From Rhina ancylostomus (lineage: Eukaryota), in assembly GCA_030265395.1 (NCBI GenBank), contig JARFYF010000022.1, forward strand, positions 29,603,240 to 29,667,239: a DNA stretch of 64,000 nucleotides. The letters run 5' to 3'. The position numbers were made by a program, and so were the translations under genes. Positions 1 to 12,900 of the stretch are shown piece by piece. The notes under the pieces were generated by a model that was given only the letters and a program-made list of their open reading frames with translations, was not told the origin of the DNA and did not search any database. How positions within the stretch are numbered: the first letter of the stretch is position 1; each line of letters begins with the position of its first letter.

Positions 1-199
1 AAAATCAAGGAAGACTGCAATGTGCCCAGATAGAAGACAAGCTGTTGTTCATTGATCATGCGTTGGGTCTTGTTGTCACGATGCAGGAGGCCAAAGACAG
101 TAAGGAATTAAAATGCCAGGCAACTGTACCATTACTTCACATAGCACATACCAGGAAGATGAATGTGCTGGTAACTATGCCTATTGGGCCATTTCAGGT

Positions 200-390
200 C
201 ACCCATTCTGAAACACCCCTTTTATTCTACACATCCCTCCCCCATCTTTTTTCCTACTGAAAACTAATCTTTATTTCTCTCTTTCTTGTTCTAACAGAAG
301 GTTTCAGACTGGAAACGTTGTTAGTTTCTCTTTCCGTATTGCTGGTTCTCTTGCTAAATTTTTCCAGCATTTTCTGTTTTTATTTCAGTT
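200..390 (+). mobile_element. Penelope-like terminal repeat (pLTR) fragment
   Basis: Pyrimidine-rich stretch, then gttctaacagaaggtttcagactggaaacgttg ... ttccagcattttctgtttttatttcag, the same terminal motif seen at 35120, 53190 and 58220. Confidence 0.6.
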
Positions 391-594
391 CCTGCCAGGG
401 TTTCATAGCTGAGTTTCAAACAGTTTGAGAAACCTGGGGTCAATCCCCCAAATGAAGTTAAAATCATTGTTAATGAGCAATTAACATTGCAAAACTATCA
501 CCAGGCTTTTCCTTTAGAGGTTTATCAATAACTGGCCTGAAATCCTGGAGGTTGGGTTCTCTATGTTTCCGACTCAACAACTGCCAACACTGTT

Positions 595-810
595 CAGGAC
601 TGAGATGGGAAGGAATTTCTTCACCCAAAGGGAAGTGAATCTTCAGCAGCCTTTACCCAGGAGTGCAGTGGAAACTCAAATCACTCAGTGTATCTGTATT
701 CTCCTATCAATAGATTTAATATATTAGGAGATGTGAAGATTGAGTGGTTAAAATGGCACCAAGGTAAAATATCATCCATGATCTTACTGAGTTACTGTGC
801 CATCTATTTT
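595..810 (+). mobile_element. CR1 LINE 3' fragment, decayed
   Basis: gagatgggaaggaatttcttcacccaaagggaagtgaatc corresponds to the CR1 ORF2 C-terminal 'RRNFFTQRVVN' motif, followed by a 3'UTR-like ccatgatcttactga. Confidence 0.6.
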
Positions 811-1234
811 TTATGTGTTTGCATTCTTATCTTAACATTCTACCAGTCATCCAGTGACATGCGTGTACCCAGAAGGGTTGAATAATGATTTTCAGAGTCT
901 ATGCTATTTCTGCACTTGTTTGCCTTAATATCTAAAGTTAACTTAACCACATCTAGCATTTTTTTCAGCCTTTAACACCACTAAACTTGATAACATTTCC
1001 TGCCTGTTGTTATCATGTCTAATATTTTGTATGCTTCCTCTTTATGCCTATGCTGACCACATCTTCTGTGAAATATTCATTCTGAGTCTGACTCACGTCT
1101 CCCACCTTCTCCATATTACAGGTTTCATTCTTGGTCTCTGAAAGACCTTTCTTTCCTTTGTAATTCTCTTCCTGTTTATTCATTTATAAAACACTTGTGG
1201 GGTTTCCTTGTTCTGTAAAAGGTCGTATACAAGA

Positions 1235-2005
1235 GTGTTTAGAATTTGTGGCAAAGTTTGTTTTGAAATTGTACTGTATTCCATCATGACCTTTAGCTGA
1301 TCTTGCAATATGTAAAAGGGCATGGGCAGAATCTGTGTACAAGTCTATAAGAATATGTTAAGAAGTCCGTATACAATTTTTGCTGAATTCTGTGCAAAAT
1401 TTATATAAAAGTCTGTGAATTTGAGCAGAAGTCCAAGAAGAATTTGTATCGAAGTATGTGTGGAATTTTTATAGAAGTGTGTGCAGAAATTGTGCAAATG
1501 TCCTTTTTGAACTTAGATGTCTATGTAGAATTTGTCTGTAGGCCTTTGAGGAATTTAGAAAAAGGCATATATAAAATTGTTATGGAAGTGCATGTGGAAT
1601 TTATGTAGAAATCAGTGCAGAATTCAGTGCAGAGATTGTATAGGTGTCTGTGTAAAACCTGTGCAGAGGCCAGAGTGGGATGTGTACAGAAACCTGTGTA
1701 GAAATTTTGCAGAAATCCATGTAGAATTTATATAGAGGTCTGCGTAGTCTTTGTACAGACATATGTGTAGAATCCTGTGTGGAATTTGTACAGAAAATTG
1801 CACTGTATTTTGTTAAACTCTGTGTTGAATCAGTATAGAGCATGTGCAGAATATGTGCAATATTTGCATATAAAAGTCTTTGATGAATATGTGCAGAGAT
1901 CTGAGCAGCATTTGAATTGAGATCTGCATAAAAACTGAGTGGAAGCTTCTAAAGAATTTGCTCAAACATCTGAACTAAATTTGAGTAGAAATCTATCTGG
2001 AATAT
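1235..2005. repeat. Degenerate minisatellite, alternating 12/11-bp subunits (~23-bp unit, consensus ~TGTGCAGAAATC-TGTGTAGAATT)
   Basis: Parses as tgtacagaaacc|tgtgtagaaat|tttgcagaaatc|catgtagaatt|tatatagaggtc|tgcgtagtctt. Confidence 0.75.
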
Positions 2006-2299
2006 TTCCAATAAAATAATTAATTGCTAATTCACTGAGTTTCAGAGAAGCTGTGAAAACAATGTACCCCATGCAATAGATCTACATTCCATTAAAATTA
2101 TAAATCTGACTTAAAAGTCTTATGGAGATATTTTCAGTCTCTGAATATTTAAACATTGTGGAAAAGTAGGTAAGTCATGAATGCAGTAGAGTTTCAGAGA
2201 AAAGGCAGCAATACATTCCTTGTGATTATACATCTTAAGTGAGATGCCCAAATGATTTTTGATCCATTTTTCATTTTGCCCTTTCCTTTTTCTCCTTCA

Positions 2300-2836
2300 T
2301 AGACTCTGGGGGTCAAGGATGACTTGCTTGTGCTCTGGACTTCAGAGTTCTGTTGTGACTGATGAGGCCAATATGAGACCTGCAGACTCTTCCACAAATG
2401 TGGCAGGAAGTGTCTGATGGAGAGGGTAGAAACCTTGTGATGTGATGTGCTCCTTTCACCCTTTACGTAGGGCTTCTGTGTACTCCTAATGCATAGCCTT
2501 GAGGTTCTCAATACCATTCTGAATGTTCCTTCTCCACTTTGAGCAGTGGTGGACCAGGTATCCCCAAGAGCCAACAGAAATGTTGCATTAATTCAAGGAA
2601 GCATTAAACACATTTGTGGATCCTTTCCTCTGTCTGTCTGGTAATCTCTTCTTGTGACAGAACTTGGAATACAATGTCTATTTCAGGTGTCTGGTGTCAG
2701 GTATAAAGTGTTCAAATGACCCTTGTCAACTGACTGCAGCTAAGGCCTCAGTACTGGGGATATTAGTCTGGAAAAGGACGCTGAAGCTGGTTCAATTACC
2801 CTTCCAATGAATTTGAAGGATTTTACAAACAGCATT
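2300..2836 (-). mobile_element. RTE-clade LINE 3' end, decayed
   Basis: Minus strand reads ~SKWRRNIQNGIENLK, the RTE ORF C-terminus; homologous to 31020-31310 and 62130-62515. Confidence 0.7.
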
Positions 2837-2837
2837 G

Positions 2838-3296
2838 AATCCGAATCAGGGTTATTATCATTGATATATGTTGTGAAATTTCTTTTTTTTTGCAGCAGTA
2901 TGGTGTAAGACATAAACATTACTATAAATTACAAAAATAAATAAATAGTGCAAATGAGGAATAACAATGTAGTGTTCATGGACCATTCAGAAACCTGATG
3001 GCAGGGGCAAAAAAGCTGTTCTTGAAATTTTGAGTGTGGGTCTTCAGATTCCTGTACCTCCTCCCCGATGGTAGTAATGTGAATAGGGCATATCCCAGAT
3101 GGTGAGAGTCCTTAGTGATAGATGCTATTTTCTTGAGGCACTACCTCTTGAAGATGTCCTTGATGGCAGGGAGGGTTGTGCCTGTGATGGAGCTGGTTGA
3201 GTCTACAACCCTCCGCAGCCTCTCTTGATCCTGTGTATTGGAGCATCCATACCAGGCAGTGATACAACCAATCAGAATGCTCTCCACCGTACATCT
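2838..3296 (-). mobile_element. Rex1/Babar LINE 3' end inserted into the RTE
   Basis: Minus strand reads ~RCTVESILIGCITAWYG...RVVDS...ITGTTLPAIKDIFKR...LFTLLPSGRRYR...FKNSFF, with a short-repeat tail (aatccgaatcag on +). Confidence 0.8.
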
Positions 3297-3299
3297 TTT

Positions 3300-3860
3300 G
3301 GTAACCTTCTGGTGTTTACTGTTGGTGGCCTAGTTTTCAAGAGCATATTAGAGGGCAGGGATCACTCCTGCCTTGGAGACCATGAATTTTCTGCCAGGTC
3401 AAATGACCTTTTCCTAAATTCACTAAAGTGCATGTAGGAGAATTGAAGGCAGTGTTGAACTTCATCATCAAGGTCTGCCTTTGCTGAAAGTTGGCTCCTG
3501 ATGTATCAGAAGTTGTCCATTTTTTTGTGAAACTTTGTGTCCAAGTTTGTCTTGCAGATGTTGAGTGGTAAGGTCCATTTTCTCTTATGCTCTAGTAAAG
3601 GAGTTAAATATGAACTCAAGCTCTGACTCTGAGGGCATTGTGCACAGCAGCTTGATCACTGTGGTTGGGGTGATCTTGGTTCTGGAGTGTCGTTGACGAG
3701 GTTTGAATGGTTTCCCATTATTTCTGAAGATTAACTGCACTCCTACAGGAAGATTGTTGAAGTTAAGATGCAGTATTGTGACAAGAAACATTGAAAAAAT
3801 AGTGGCGGGCAAAGATGTATCATTCTTTGACAGAGATTGACTCTGTTGCAGACCCATTAG
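3300..3860 (-). mobile_element. RTE LINE reverse transcriptase fragment (upstream part of the element at 2300-2836)
   Basis: ORF 3585-3857 contains GVQLIFRNNGKPFKPRQRHSRTK; downstream ~LSAKADLDDEVQHCLQ...FRKRSF matches RTE RT motifs. Confidence 0.7.
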
Positions 3861-4313
3861 TTAGGATATTACCTTGCATAACTATATAACTATATAAGTT
3901 AGGATAATAGCTCACATAGTTGGGACAATACCTTAATGTAAAATGGAAATTAATTTCTGTGGGCAGCTGAGATTGAGGAGAGTGTTCTGCAGTTCATCCT
4001 GTGAACTGTAAAGTGCTTGTCTCAGCCTTTAGGGTATGCTGAAGGGTATGCAGTGACATCTGCTGGGCACTTACTACAGTGGTTGAATTAGTGTTGGCCA
4101 GAATGTAAATTGTTTCTGTTCACCTTTAAAATGCTTGTCTGATTTATGTTCAAATAGAGTCATTAAGGATATTTTAAGAAGTTCTTGTGCTCCAATGCTT
4201 CACTATTGAAGTAGCTTCCTGAAATCTTTGTTCCCCTTAATCTGGTGAAGTCAAAACATGAATGAATTATCAAATTAATTTAATTAACCAACTTNNNNNN
4301 NNNNCATTGCTAG

Positions 4314-4356
4314 TGACGTCATAATGTGACCTTTCTGTGATCATATCATATAAAAG
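4314..4356 (+). promoter_or_regulatory. Candidate core promoter: CRE + nuclear-receptor site + TATA box
   Basis: TGACGTCA at 4314-4321, TGACCTTT at 4327-4334, TATAAAAG at 4349-4356, in non-repeat sequence; motif evidence only. Confidence 0.25.
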
Positions 4357-4699
4357 GAAATAATCCTTTTCCTCCCAATCTCGAGGGTGGTAAACGGCAT
4401 GCTGTAAATTGATGTTCTTCCATAGCAGTTCTTCTACACCATATATTTGGTCACTGAAAATAACTTCAATTTGACAGTCAGGTATTAGAATTTTATTGCT
4501 CTTTGTTCAGCAAAACTGCACTGAATGAGGACTATTCTGTAAACTTATGTATCACACTAGCGCACCATGCTGCTTCTGTTTGGTAGATGGTTACTGTATT
4601 ATGATCTAGCACTAAGCAGGGTGACTATTTGGCTTGAACATTCTTTGTTAGTCTTCCATACACCAAAAGGGATGAATTCCAGAGAAGAGGTGAGAAGTG

Positions 4700-5060
4700 G
4701 CTGCTCTTGACATTAAAGTAGCATTTGACTAAGCATGGCATCAAAGAGCACTTGCAAAACTTATGTCAATGGACATCAGGAGGAAAGTATTCAGATGGTT
4801 GGAGCCATACTTTGCACAAAGGAATATGGATGTGGCTGTTGGAAGTCAACCATAGGACATTGTAGCAGGAGTTCCCCAGGGCAGTGTCCAGCTGCCAACC
4901 ATCTTCAGCTGCTTTATCAATACCTGTCCTTCTGTTACAAGATCATAAGTGGCTTACACAATAGGTAATTCCATTTGCAATATCTTCACATGTGAAGCAG
5001 TCCATGCCTGTATGCAGAAAGACTTAGACAACATGAATAAATAAAGGGCATGCAAAATTT
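4700..5060 (+). mobile_element. CR1/L2-group LINE RT fragment
   Basis: Decayed translation ~DIKVAFD.AWHQ.ALAKL...WLEPY...AGVPQGSV..PTIFSCFIN (RT PQG motif). Confidence 0.75.
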
Positions 5061-6829
5061 GTTCCGCACAGTACTGACTATTGTTCCCAACTCATCTCTG
5101 AGCTCCAAAAATTTGAAATGCATTTTTTAAGATCTCTGTGACTGAGAATTTATTTTCTCATTCACCCAGTTGCCTGATAACTGGCATTACGAGTGGTTTA
5201 AGTATGTTGACATGAAAGAAAAAGAAGAGTAGTCAAAGCAGAACACAACTTGTCTCAGTCCCACTTCTAGCTATTGCATTCATGCTTCTTTCTCATTACT
5301 CTGAATGACAAAGGTTATTCACCTAATTGCTTCATTGGGGGAGGGGTATGCAATTGTACATCCAGTCGTACACTGGAAGGAAGCATTGTGGTGGTTTCAA
5401 GCCAAGTGAATTATTAAACTCTTTTAGAACATGCCATTCAGGTTTTTCTCCTTCCTTCCTCCTTTTCAATATTTTTTCTTTCTATATTTCATCCTTTATT
5501 TCATTTTGTCAGCTAATCATCACATTAAGTTTGTGGGACCTTGATATGTGGAAATCAGATGCATTGTTTCTTACATTCTAACGTCAATATTATTGAAAAT
5601 GCTTCACTGACAGCCCTACTTATGATACTTACTTTCTATTTTTCTTCCTTTTCCTTCATGTTTTAGGCTTCTTTCTGCCATTCCCTCTTCCTGTTGTCAT
5701 TTGTTTCTTGCTTGCCATTTTCCATATTTCTGGATTTAATTCTCCTTTTCTTCTTCTATTACTGATTTTAGGGTAAAGGATTTCCTCAGATGGTGACTTC
5801 TGTAACCCCAGGTCACTGGAACCCCCAATCAGACTGAATTGTGCCACAATGTAATCTTGTGCCATCGGTCAGAGCCCTTATTTTATCTTGATCGCCTGTC
5901 ACTTATCTTGTTTCATTGGTCTGATAAAAGTGAAATCAGCTTTTATGGATTTGACAGCCATCAGGATGGAATACAGGTAGAAAACCATTGGTTAGTTAGT
6001 TTATTTTAAACTCTGCCAAATAATACCAGCAACATTGCCTTGTAATATAGATATACAATTAGACATACATGCCTTATAATGTTGTAACCCTGCAATATAT
6101 TGAATGGTTGATTATAAGTCACTAGAGGAGCATGTATAGCTGACAAGGAGATCAATGAAACACTAATGGATAGAAATGTTCACTTTGAAGGTTAGACCTC
6201 TGGACCATCGTTCCCCATGTTTCAAGTTAAGAGAATTCTCCCTGAATTTCCTTGGTGGTTAGGGCATCCCACTGAGATTCTTTCTCCCTCTTCTAATACA
6301 ATGTCCTGCTCATCCTTTGCCTATTCCCCCAGTTAAGGAGAAAACCCACTAACCCACCCATGACTGGAAGCAACAGGTCTGTGCAGAAGCCTTGGAATCA
6401 AGACAACTTCCTTCCATATCTGCTGCACTGCTCCCTGCTAATTTCAACTTTAACAAACCCCAGAAAGTGCAAATGTAACTTAAGCCAATAGAAGTCAACT
6501 GATCTGTGAGTAGCTGATGCTCCCTTTAAAGAGTGCCTGTGGGGGTTCCTTTCTGCTGCTGAATGATTGCTCAAAGTGTTAGGTCTGGCACGACTCCAGG
6601 ATGGCAGTACTGGCATCAAATTATCTTTGCATGTTAAGTCATGTGATGAGCTGACCACTCTGCCTGCTTCTGGAGGATGTTAGTTGCATATACACTTACA
6701 CCCTCACAGATATTGCATCTGGCACTATGAGAACCACAAAATTCGTGCACACGTGCAATCAATGCCTTATTAGACCTATTCATTGCCCATTGTGCCAAAT
6801 TGTCTGACCTTACGCTGTGGGAGAGGGAC

Positions 6830-7370
6830 CCAGCCAGTCAGTGTAACTCGAGAACACATTAGATTTTAATCACGTACAGAAAACAAAATAAAGATTTTTT
6901 AAAAAGCTGTGATTGAGACTGATTAAAAGGCCAGAAAGATAAAGTAAAGGAAAATTAGTCTTTAAAAAAGTCTCCAACACTAATTAAAGACTGAAAGTAT
7001 GAGAGACTCCACAGTGGCAAAATTAAATTTTCAGTGCAGAGTGGTTGTTTGGCAGTAATTATAAATTATCATACCATTGAATATTCACTTACACCTGAAT
7101 GCACCACGTTAACTTCGTCTGCTATGCTTAGTTGAAAATTAGTGATTAAATATTGCATCTTATTGTCCTTAACATGAATTTCAATGTTGGATTTAGCAAT
7201 GAATAGAGTACAGTGTACCCTATGGAGATGCTGGATAACTTTAACAGCAATTTCCAGATTTTCCTGTTTAACTAAGAATATATGGACTCTGGAAGTTGCT
7301 GTCCAATGTACTCCAGAGTAACAGTGAACACTAATAACCTCATTACTATTCTCAACACAAAATCCGGACC
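6830..7370. mobile_element. Probable non-autonomous DNA transposon relic (elasmobranch interspersed repeat)
   Basis: Resembles a recurrent shark/ray repeat ending ...gaagttgctgtc...caaaatccggacc; family not established. Confidence 0.3.
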
Positions 7371-10300
7371 ATTATCTGCTACTGTACTGTGACCTCATTA
7401 CTAAAGTAATTAAAATATCATGTGACATGCACCAGAGTGTTAAATCTTTATATTGCAGTTTGAACTGTTGTTCATTGCTGAGTATGTATTACAAAATTAT
7501 ATTAATGGGTTGACAAAGCTATCTATACAAGTTTTTAAAGTATCATGTTCATCTTACTGGATGTTTGGAGAAATATTACACGTAACAATTTAATTTGTGA
7601 TTTTCTTTAATTTGCTGCAGCAATTTCTTTTCAGACAAAAATAGATTACATTTAGTTAATTATGCTGATATAAACATGCTTTCTAGATTAACATAACCAA
7701 TGTAGTGGAAGTATTAAATGAATATAATTTACTTTTAATTTTCTATATGTAAAATGATGTGCAGTAATGTTTATAATATAAGTAATTTCAACAGTCTTCC
7801 TGAGAGATTAAAATCACTGATTAGCATTGGACAGCCATGAATGAATCTTACCTGTGGTTAAGTATCACCAGAAATGAAAGCTATTTCACTTGATAAACTT
7901 ATCTGCTTTGACAGCAATTTCTTTGAACAATATTTGCATTCATATAAATGTTTTGGATTATCATGCATACTGATTTCTCCCTTTCCTACTTGGGTCACCT
8001 TCCTCACAGTTTAGTTGTTGTTACTGAGCTACATGAGCTCTGTGCTGATTCAGCTACGTTGGTCCAAGGACACCATTAACCAAATCCATGTGATATGAAC
8101 CTCAGACAGGCACAGGATTAGTTTTATCCAATGACCAGAGGCAAAAGAGTGTAAACAATCAATGTCCACTTGGCACTTGGTTGAGATACCAAATGACTCT
8201 CTCAGGAAACACCTATTTACTTTAAAGGGCACATGAGTGTTGGAGGAATGAAATCCAATGGCTGAATGACTTTCGGTCAAATCTCTTTTGTGGCATATTG
8301 ATTATTTAATGTCATATGATGCAACTGAAGAAATAATTCAACCAAGTGTTCCAGAATCTGCTGTATTTTTGATTTTCACCAAAATTTGATTTCAACTATT
8401 TAACAATATTGCCAAAGGATCCCTGGAGTTGGCAGTTGAGATAATAGTGCTACAGAAAACATTCACTTGTGTAAAACAATATTGCTAAGGTATGGCATCT
8501 TGTGTGCTAAGAAATGATGTAAAATTCCTGTAGAAATCATTTCTAGCACCTAAATGTGATTGTTGAAAGTTTTAGTGGGGTAATATTGGGAATGTACAGA
8601 GGCCCAAGAAGTATAACCAAATGAAGCATCCAGACAGAGTAAGTGAGCATGGTTGAGGAAAATGAATGGGTTAGCAAGTCTTTAAGTTTGGTAGCATTTG
8701 GCAATAGCAACCATAACAAGAGTTAAGAACCACAAACAGATGAAAGCAGCACTTAAGTTGAATATGATATCATAACGCTGACTGGTATAATTTAGCAGGA
8801 AAGACTTAATGCATATCCAGAAAATTGTTTTGAGAACTTTAGAGATTACCTACTTGCATAAGTGTACATACCAGATAAAATATGACAACTAAAGAACTTT
8901 GCGGTGCAGTAACATTCACCACTTAAAATTTAAAAGCAACAAACTGATAAATGTGAATAAGTGAGAATGGTTTTCAAAGGGACACTATATTCTAGCTAAA
9001 TTTCCTAAACCACACTTTTCTTCCTTGATCAATTGCTAGCATTATGCAGGAAAGGTGCTAGGAGAACCATGTGCTATTTTGGTCAGTGATGTGCAGAGTA
9101 AATGAAATGTTTCAATGAATGGCATCAGCATCATGCACTTGCAAATGAGGAAAGCAAAAGATGACAAATGCTTACATGATAACAGCACATCTTTAAACCA
9201 TAAACCCAATTTGCTGAATAATATAGTAGCTTCATGCTGTATATTTATCATTATTTCATATAATGTAGTTTAAACAAAAGCTGTCCCTTGGACACTCTTG
9301 GAAGACTAGGTGCTGGGTGATGTAGCAGAAAATATCAGGAGGCATGGTTTTGTCAAAAATATTCTAATACAACATGTAACTTTGGGAGGGAAGAATTCTT
9401 GTGGATCCCCACTAACTAAAAGGAAGATGTAACACCCTTAATATGTTTCCATCCAACTCAATCCATTTCTCATTTAATGAACTATCACAAGAGATTCAAG
9501 GAAGAAATACTATGATGCTTCTTTAAGACATTAAGCAAGTACACAAAGCAAGCAAATTATTCTTGTTGGATCTTCTCATACTGAACTAAGGGGCTTCTCA
9601 AAGCCGACTTATTGCAAATGTCTGGCACATGCTTTTCCAGGCTGTTCCACTTGACTATTGCCAATCATGAGAATTATGGGATTAGCGATCTCAAAGTTCC
9701 ATGGCCAATCCTAATTAGCATTGATAGTTGTTGCTCTGAGCTGCTTTATCACCGTTGGCCTTTTTGACGATCTCATTAAATAGAGAAAACCACTCAAAGA
9801 AAGTCTGCTTTGTAATAAGCATTCTGAAATGGTAGTTGAAGTACTACAATAATAACTGCAAGAAATACTTCCCTCAAACCAATTTATATTCAAAGTAAAA
9901 ACAGTGAGTGTGATCTTGGCAATGATTTTAATTAGTTCTAATAAAGATTACAGTCTTTAACAAAACTATGTTTGCCTCAGTGATGGAGACAATGGCAGCT
10001 TGCCACATCCTTGCCTTTGGGGGAAAAATATGCAGTGCATATCTTTATTATTGTTTTACCATGATTTATCAAAGCTTTGTTCAGCAATAAATAGTTGCAA
10101 TCTTCACAAATCTTCAGGGTTTTCAATTTGTCAAATTACTGATGTGTTCAGACAGCTTCATTTGATTGGAATGATCACAAGTGTTTTGTAGAATATTTTG
10201 GACAAATGTAAAACAATTTTTCAGGATCATTCAATGCAATTGTGAACGCTATTAGAGCAAAGCAGCCAGAGTCAAAGTATAAAGTTTGAGATATAGTAGC

Positions 10301-11194
10301 CATTAATACAAATGAGAACCAGTCCTTATCAACTATTTCAAAATATAAGTTACAAACTGCAATCAGTGAGCAAACAGCCTAGAGAGAGCGGACTGCTGAC
10401 ACGCAGCAGGAGGCCACTCAAGAGATATGGTTTGTAAACTGACACGAGCATGGGACACAACTTTTATATGCATTGGCCAAACATACAATGTTAATTGGCC
10501 TACATCAAACCAGGCATCAGACATCTTCAACTAAGCAATCAAAAATTGGGGTGTTTGTATATCCAGAGAGTTAGCGCAAACAACACTGATTTTGTGTGTC
10601 TGGGGTTTCTGTCCTTAGAAGCTTTCAGACTTTCCATGTGAACTACTTTGTCTCAATAAACACGTCTGAATATTCAGAGGTATCTTGTCCGTTAAGTTGT
10701 GCCCCTATTGTAATTATGTAATTGGAATGAACCACTTGTCTGCACCCCAAATATTGAAGTAAACTATGTTATTGCAACTATTGAAATTGCACTCAGACAC
10801 CTGCTATGATCTTTGTTCTTAAGAGCATAAAACTCAATAAACTGAGGTTTGGGAGATTCCCCAGAGCTTCTGAAGAATCTCTCCAAGAAATAGCGATTCT
10901 CCAGAATGCCTGCTTGTCATGCTGAATGTCTTTTACATCAATAGCTCCAGTCTCTGTGTGGCTCCTTCACTGTCACAACAAAAATTGTGTTTTAATTCAT
11001 TAAAAAAAATTAGTAAAAGAAAGCAGCATTGCCAGACGCCACCAAGGTTTCAAAGCAGAGGAATGCAGACAACTCAAGTGGGTTTGATGTTGCCAAGTCT
11101 GTGCTTTGAAAGTCTTTACCCTTAAGGTGGAATGAGAAATGGAAGAGGTTCCATTGTTTGGGTGGATGAACTTTAGTTATTATACAATAATTAA

Positions 11195-11450
11195 ATAATG
11201 CTCAATTCCATTCACAATTGCTCAGCAAATAAAGCAGCCCATGCCTGCATGTCACAAGTTCTAGGCAACATTCAGGCACAGACTGTTAAGTGGCAGATAG
11301 CATTCACACCCTACTGTGGCATGCAATGACCATCTCCAACAAGAGATAATATAACCACTTAACCTGGATGTTCAAGGTTAATCCTATCAATCTGTGCCCC
11401 ACCATCAACACTTGAGTTCACCATTGACTAAAAACTCAGCTGGACCGGCA
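11195..11450 (+). mobile_element. CR1/L2-group LINE RT C-terminal fragment (same family as 4700)
   Basis: ~LGNIQAQTVKWQIAFTP...AMTISNKR...PTIN...VTID.KLSWT across frameshifts. Confidence 0.65.
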
Positions 11451-12779
11451 TTGCCATAGGGAAGGAAAGGACAACCAACAATGGTTCCTACAAGTGGTCT
11501 CTTGCAACATCTTTGATCATCATCTGATACAGCACAACTTATAATGTTATTACTTTTAGGCTATTAATAGCAAAAAACAGGCCATGAATATGTTAAATAT
11601 TTCATATAGATATAGTGCCTGCTGGTAACAGGATAGTCTCATCCTTGGCATAGTAGGCTGCAACCTGGACTCAGTACACAAAGAAAATAAAGACAAACTT
11701 GCCCTAATAAACCTACTGAGCATATTTGACCAAACATGATTGATTAATCACATCCTGCCTTTGATTTCTTGAATTTGGCCTGAAGCCAAGTGCATTTGTG
11801 CTAATCAAGCCAGGATCTTTGGGAGTTGCCAGTTGGAACCAGGTTGGAAGTGCATATGTGCAAGCAGATCTGCAGGAGTACTTCGCTCTTAGTTCCTGTG
11901 TACCAAGGCCCCAGAGGGGTTGGGAGTTGGCGGCTGTCCCACAGTAGGAAGCTGCTGACCACTCCAGGAGTTGGCAACTCATCTGAATTCTGAGAGATTG
12001 CTTATGAGATGCCAAGCTGCTTCTTGTCCAGGATTATGAGAAGGCATGTGATTTAACAATGGGGAAGGCAGATTTTCAACATGGAATAAATGGTCTGCAC
12101 TGTAAAGAGGATAGTGGACTGATTCTAGCCCTTAAAAAGGACTTCCTTATTGTTCTTGAAAAGCTAGTCCTTTTAGTTGTTTTCTTGTGGGTTTAGTGAA
12201 TATTTATTACATGAGTTTTCTGTCACATTACCAAACACATGGGGTATTAGCACTAACTAACCTTTCATACCAGGACTCCAGAATGTTATGAAATAGTCAG
12301 GCAGGAGCAGGCTAGAAATACCTTTCCCTGGCACAGAATGAGAAGCATCTGTTCAATGCTGAGCCTTTGTGCTGATGAGCAATGAATAAGACTAAGCTTT
12401 GACATCAAGTCTGTAGCACTTGTGTTTAATAGTTTAAAAGTGCTGCCTTTTAACCACTTGGTAAATGATACATCAGTTACCATAGATTTCTCATTGTTAC
12501 CATAAATATCAATCTCAATGTTTCTCTATATACAAAATAAAATGATCAATCTGTGAATGTGCATCTTTCCAGCATTCTTGTTTTACCCATTTTCTTGTCT
12601 TATCTTTTAAAGACCTCCATGACTTTGTCCAAGTGATCATTTTTAGTGAATGTCAACAGGATACTCAACTGCATTAGGCTGTTCCTTTCCTATCCAACCC
12701 CAACTCCCACCCTGTCACTGTCTCACCCTCCTACCCTCCTACCTTCCCACTTTTAGCAGGTGTGTCATTGGACAATGAA

Positions 12780-12900
12780 CAGAGGAGGAATACTTTGCTG
12801 TTTCATTTCAGGGTTACTGGGTCTAAATGAAATACTCCCGCTGTCGAGCTGAGATCAGCTAACCAATCTGAGATCTTCCTGATGTGTATGGGCTATGTAT
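12780..12900 (-). mobile_element. Ancient tRNA-derived SINE fragment (LF-SINE-like)
   Basis: gctgagatcagctaac...tcttcctgatgtgtatgggc resembles the reverse complement of an LF-SINE-type head; weaker relatives near 31790-31870 and 54340-54490. Confidence 0.35.

Noticed and set aside
1235-2005. CRISPR-like array or repetitive protein (ORF 1601-1843)
   Set aside because: No constant repeat with unique spacers; the period is not a multiple of 3 and frames are interrupted
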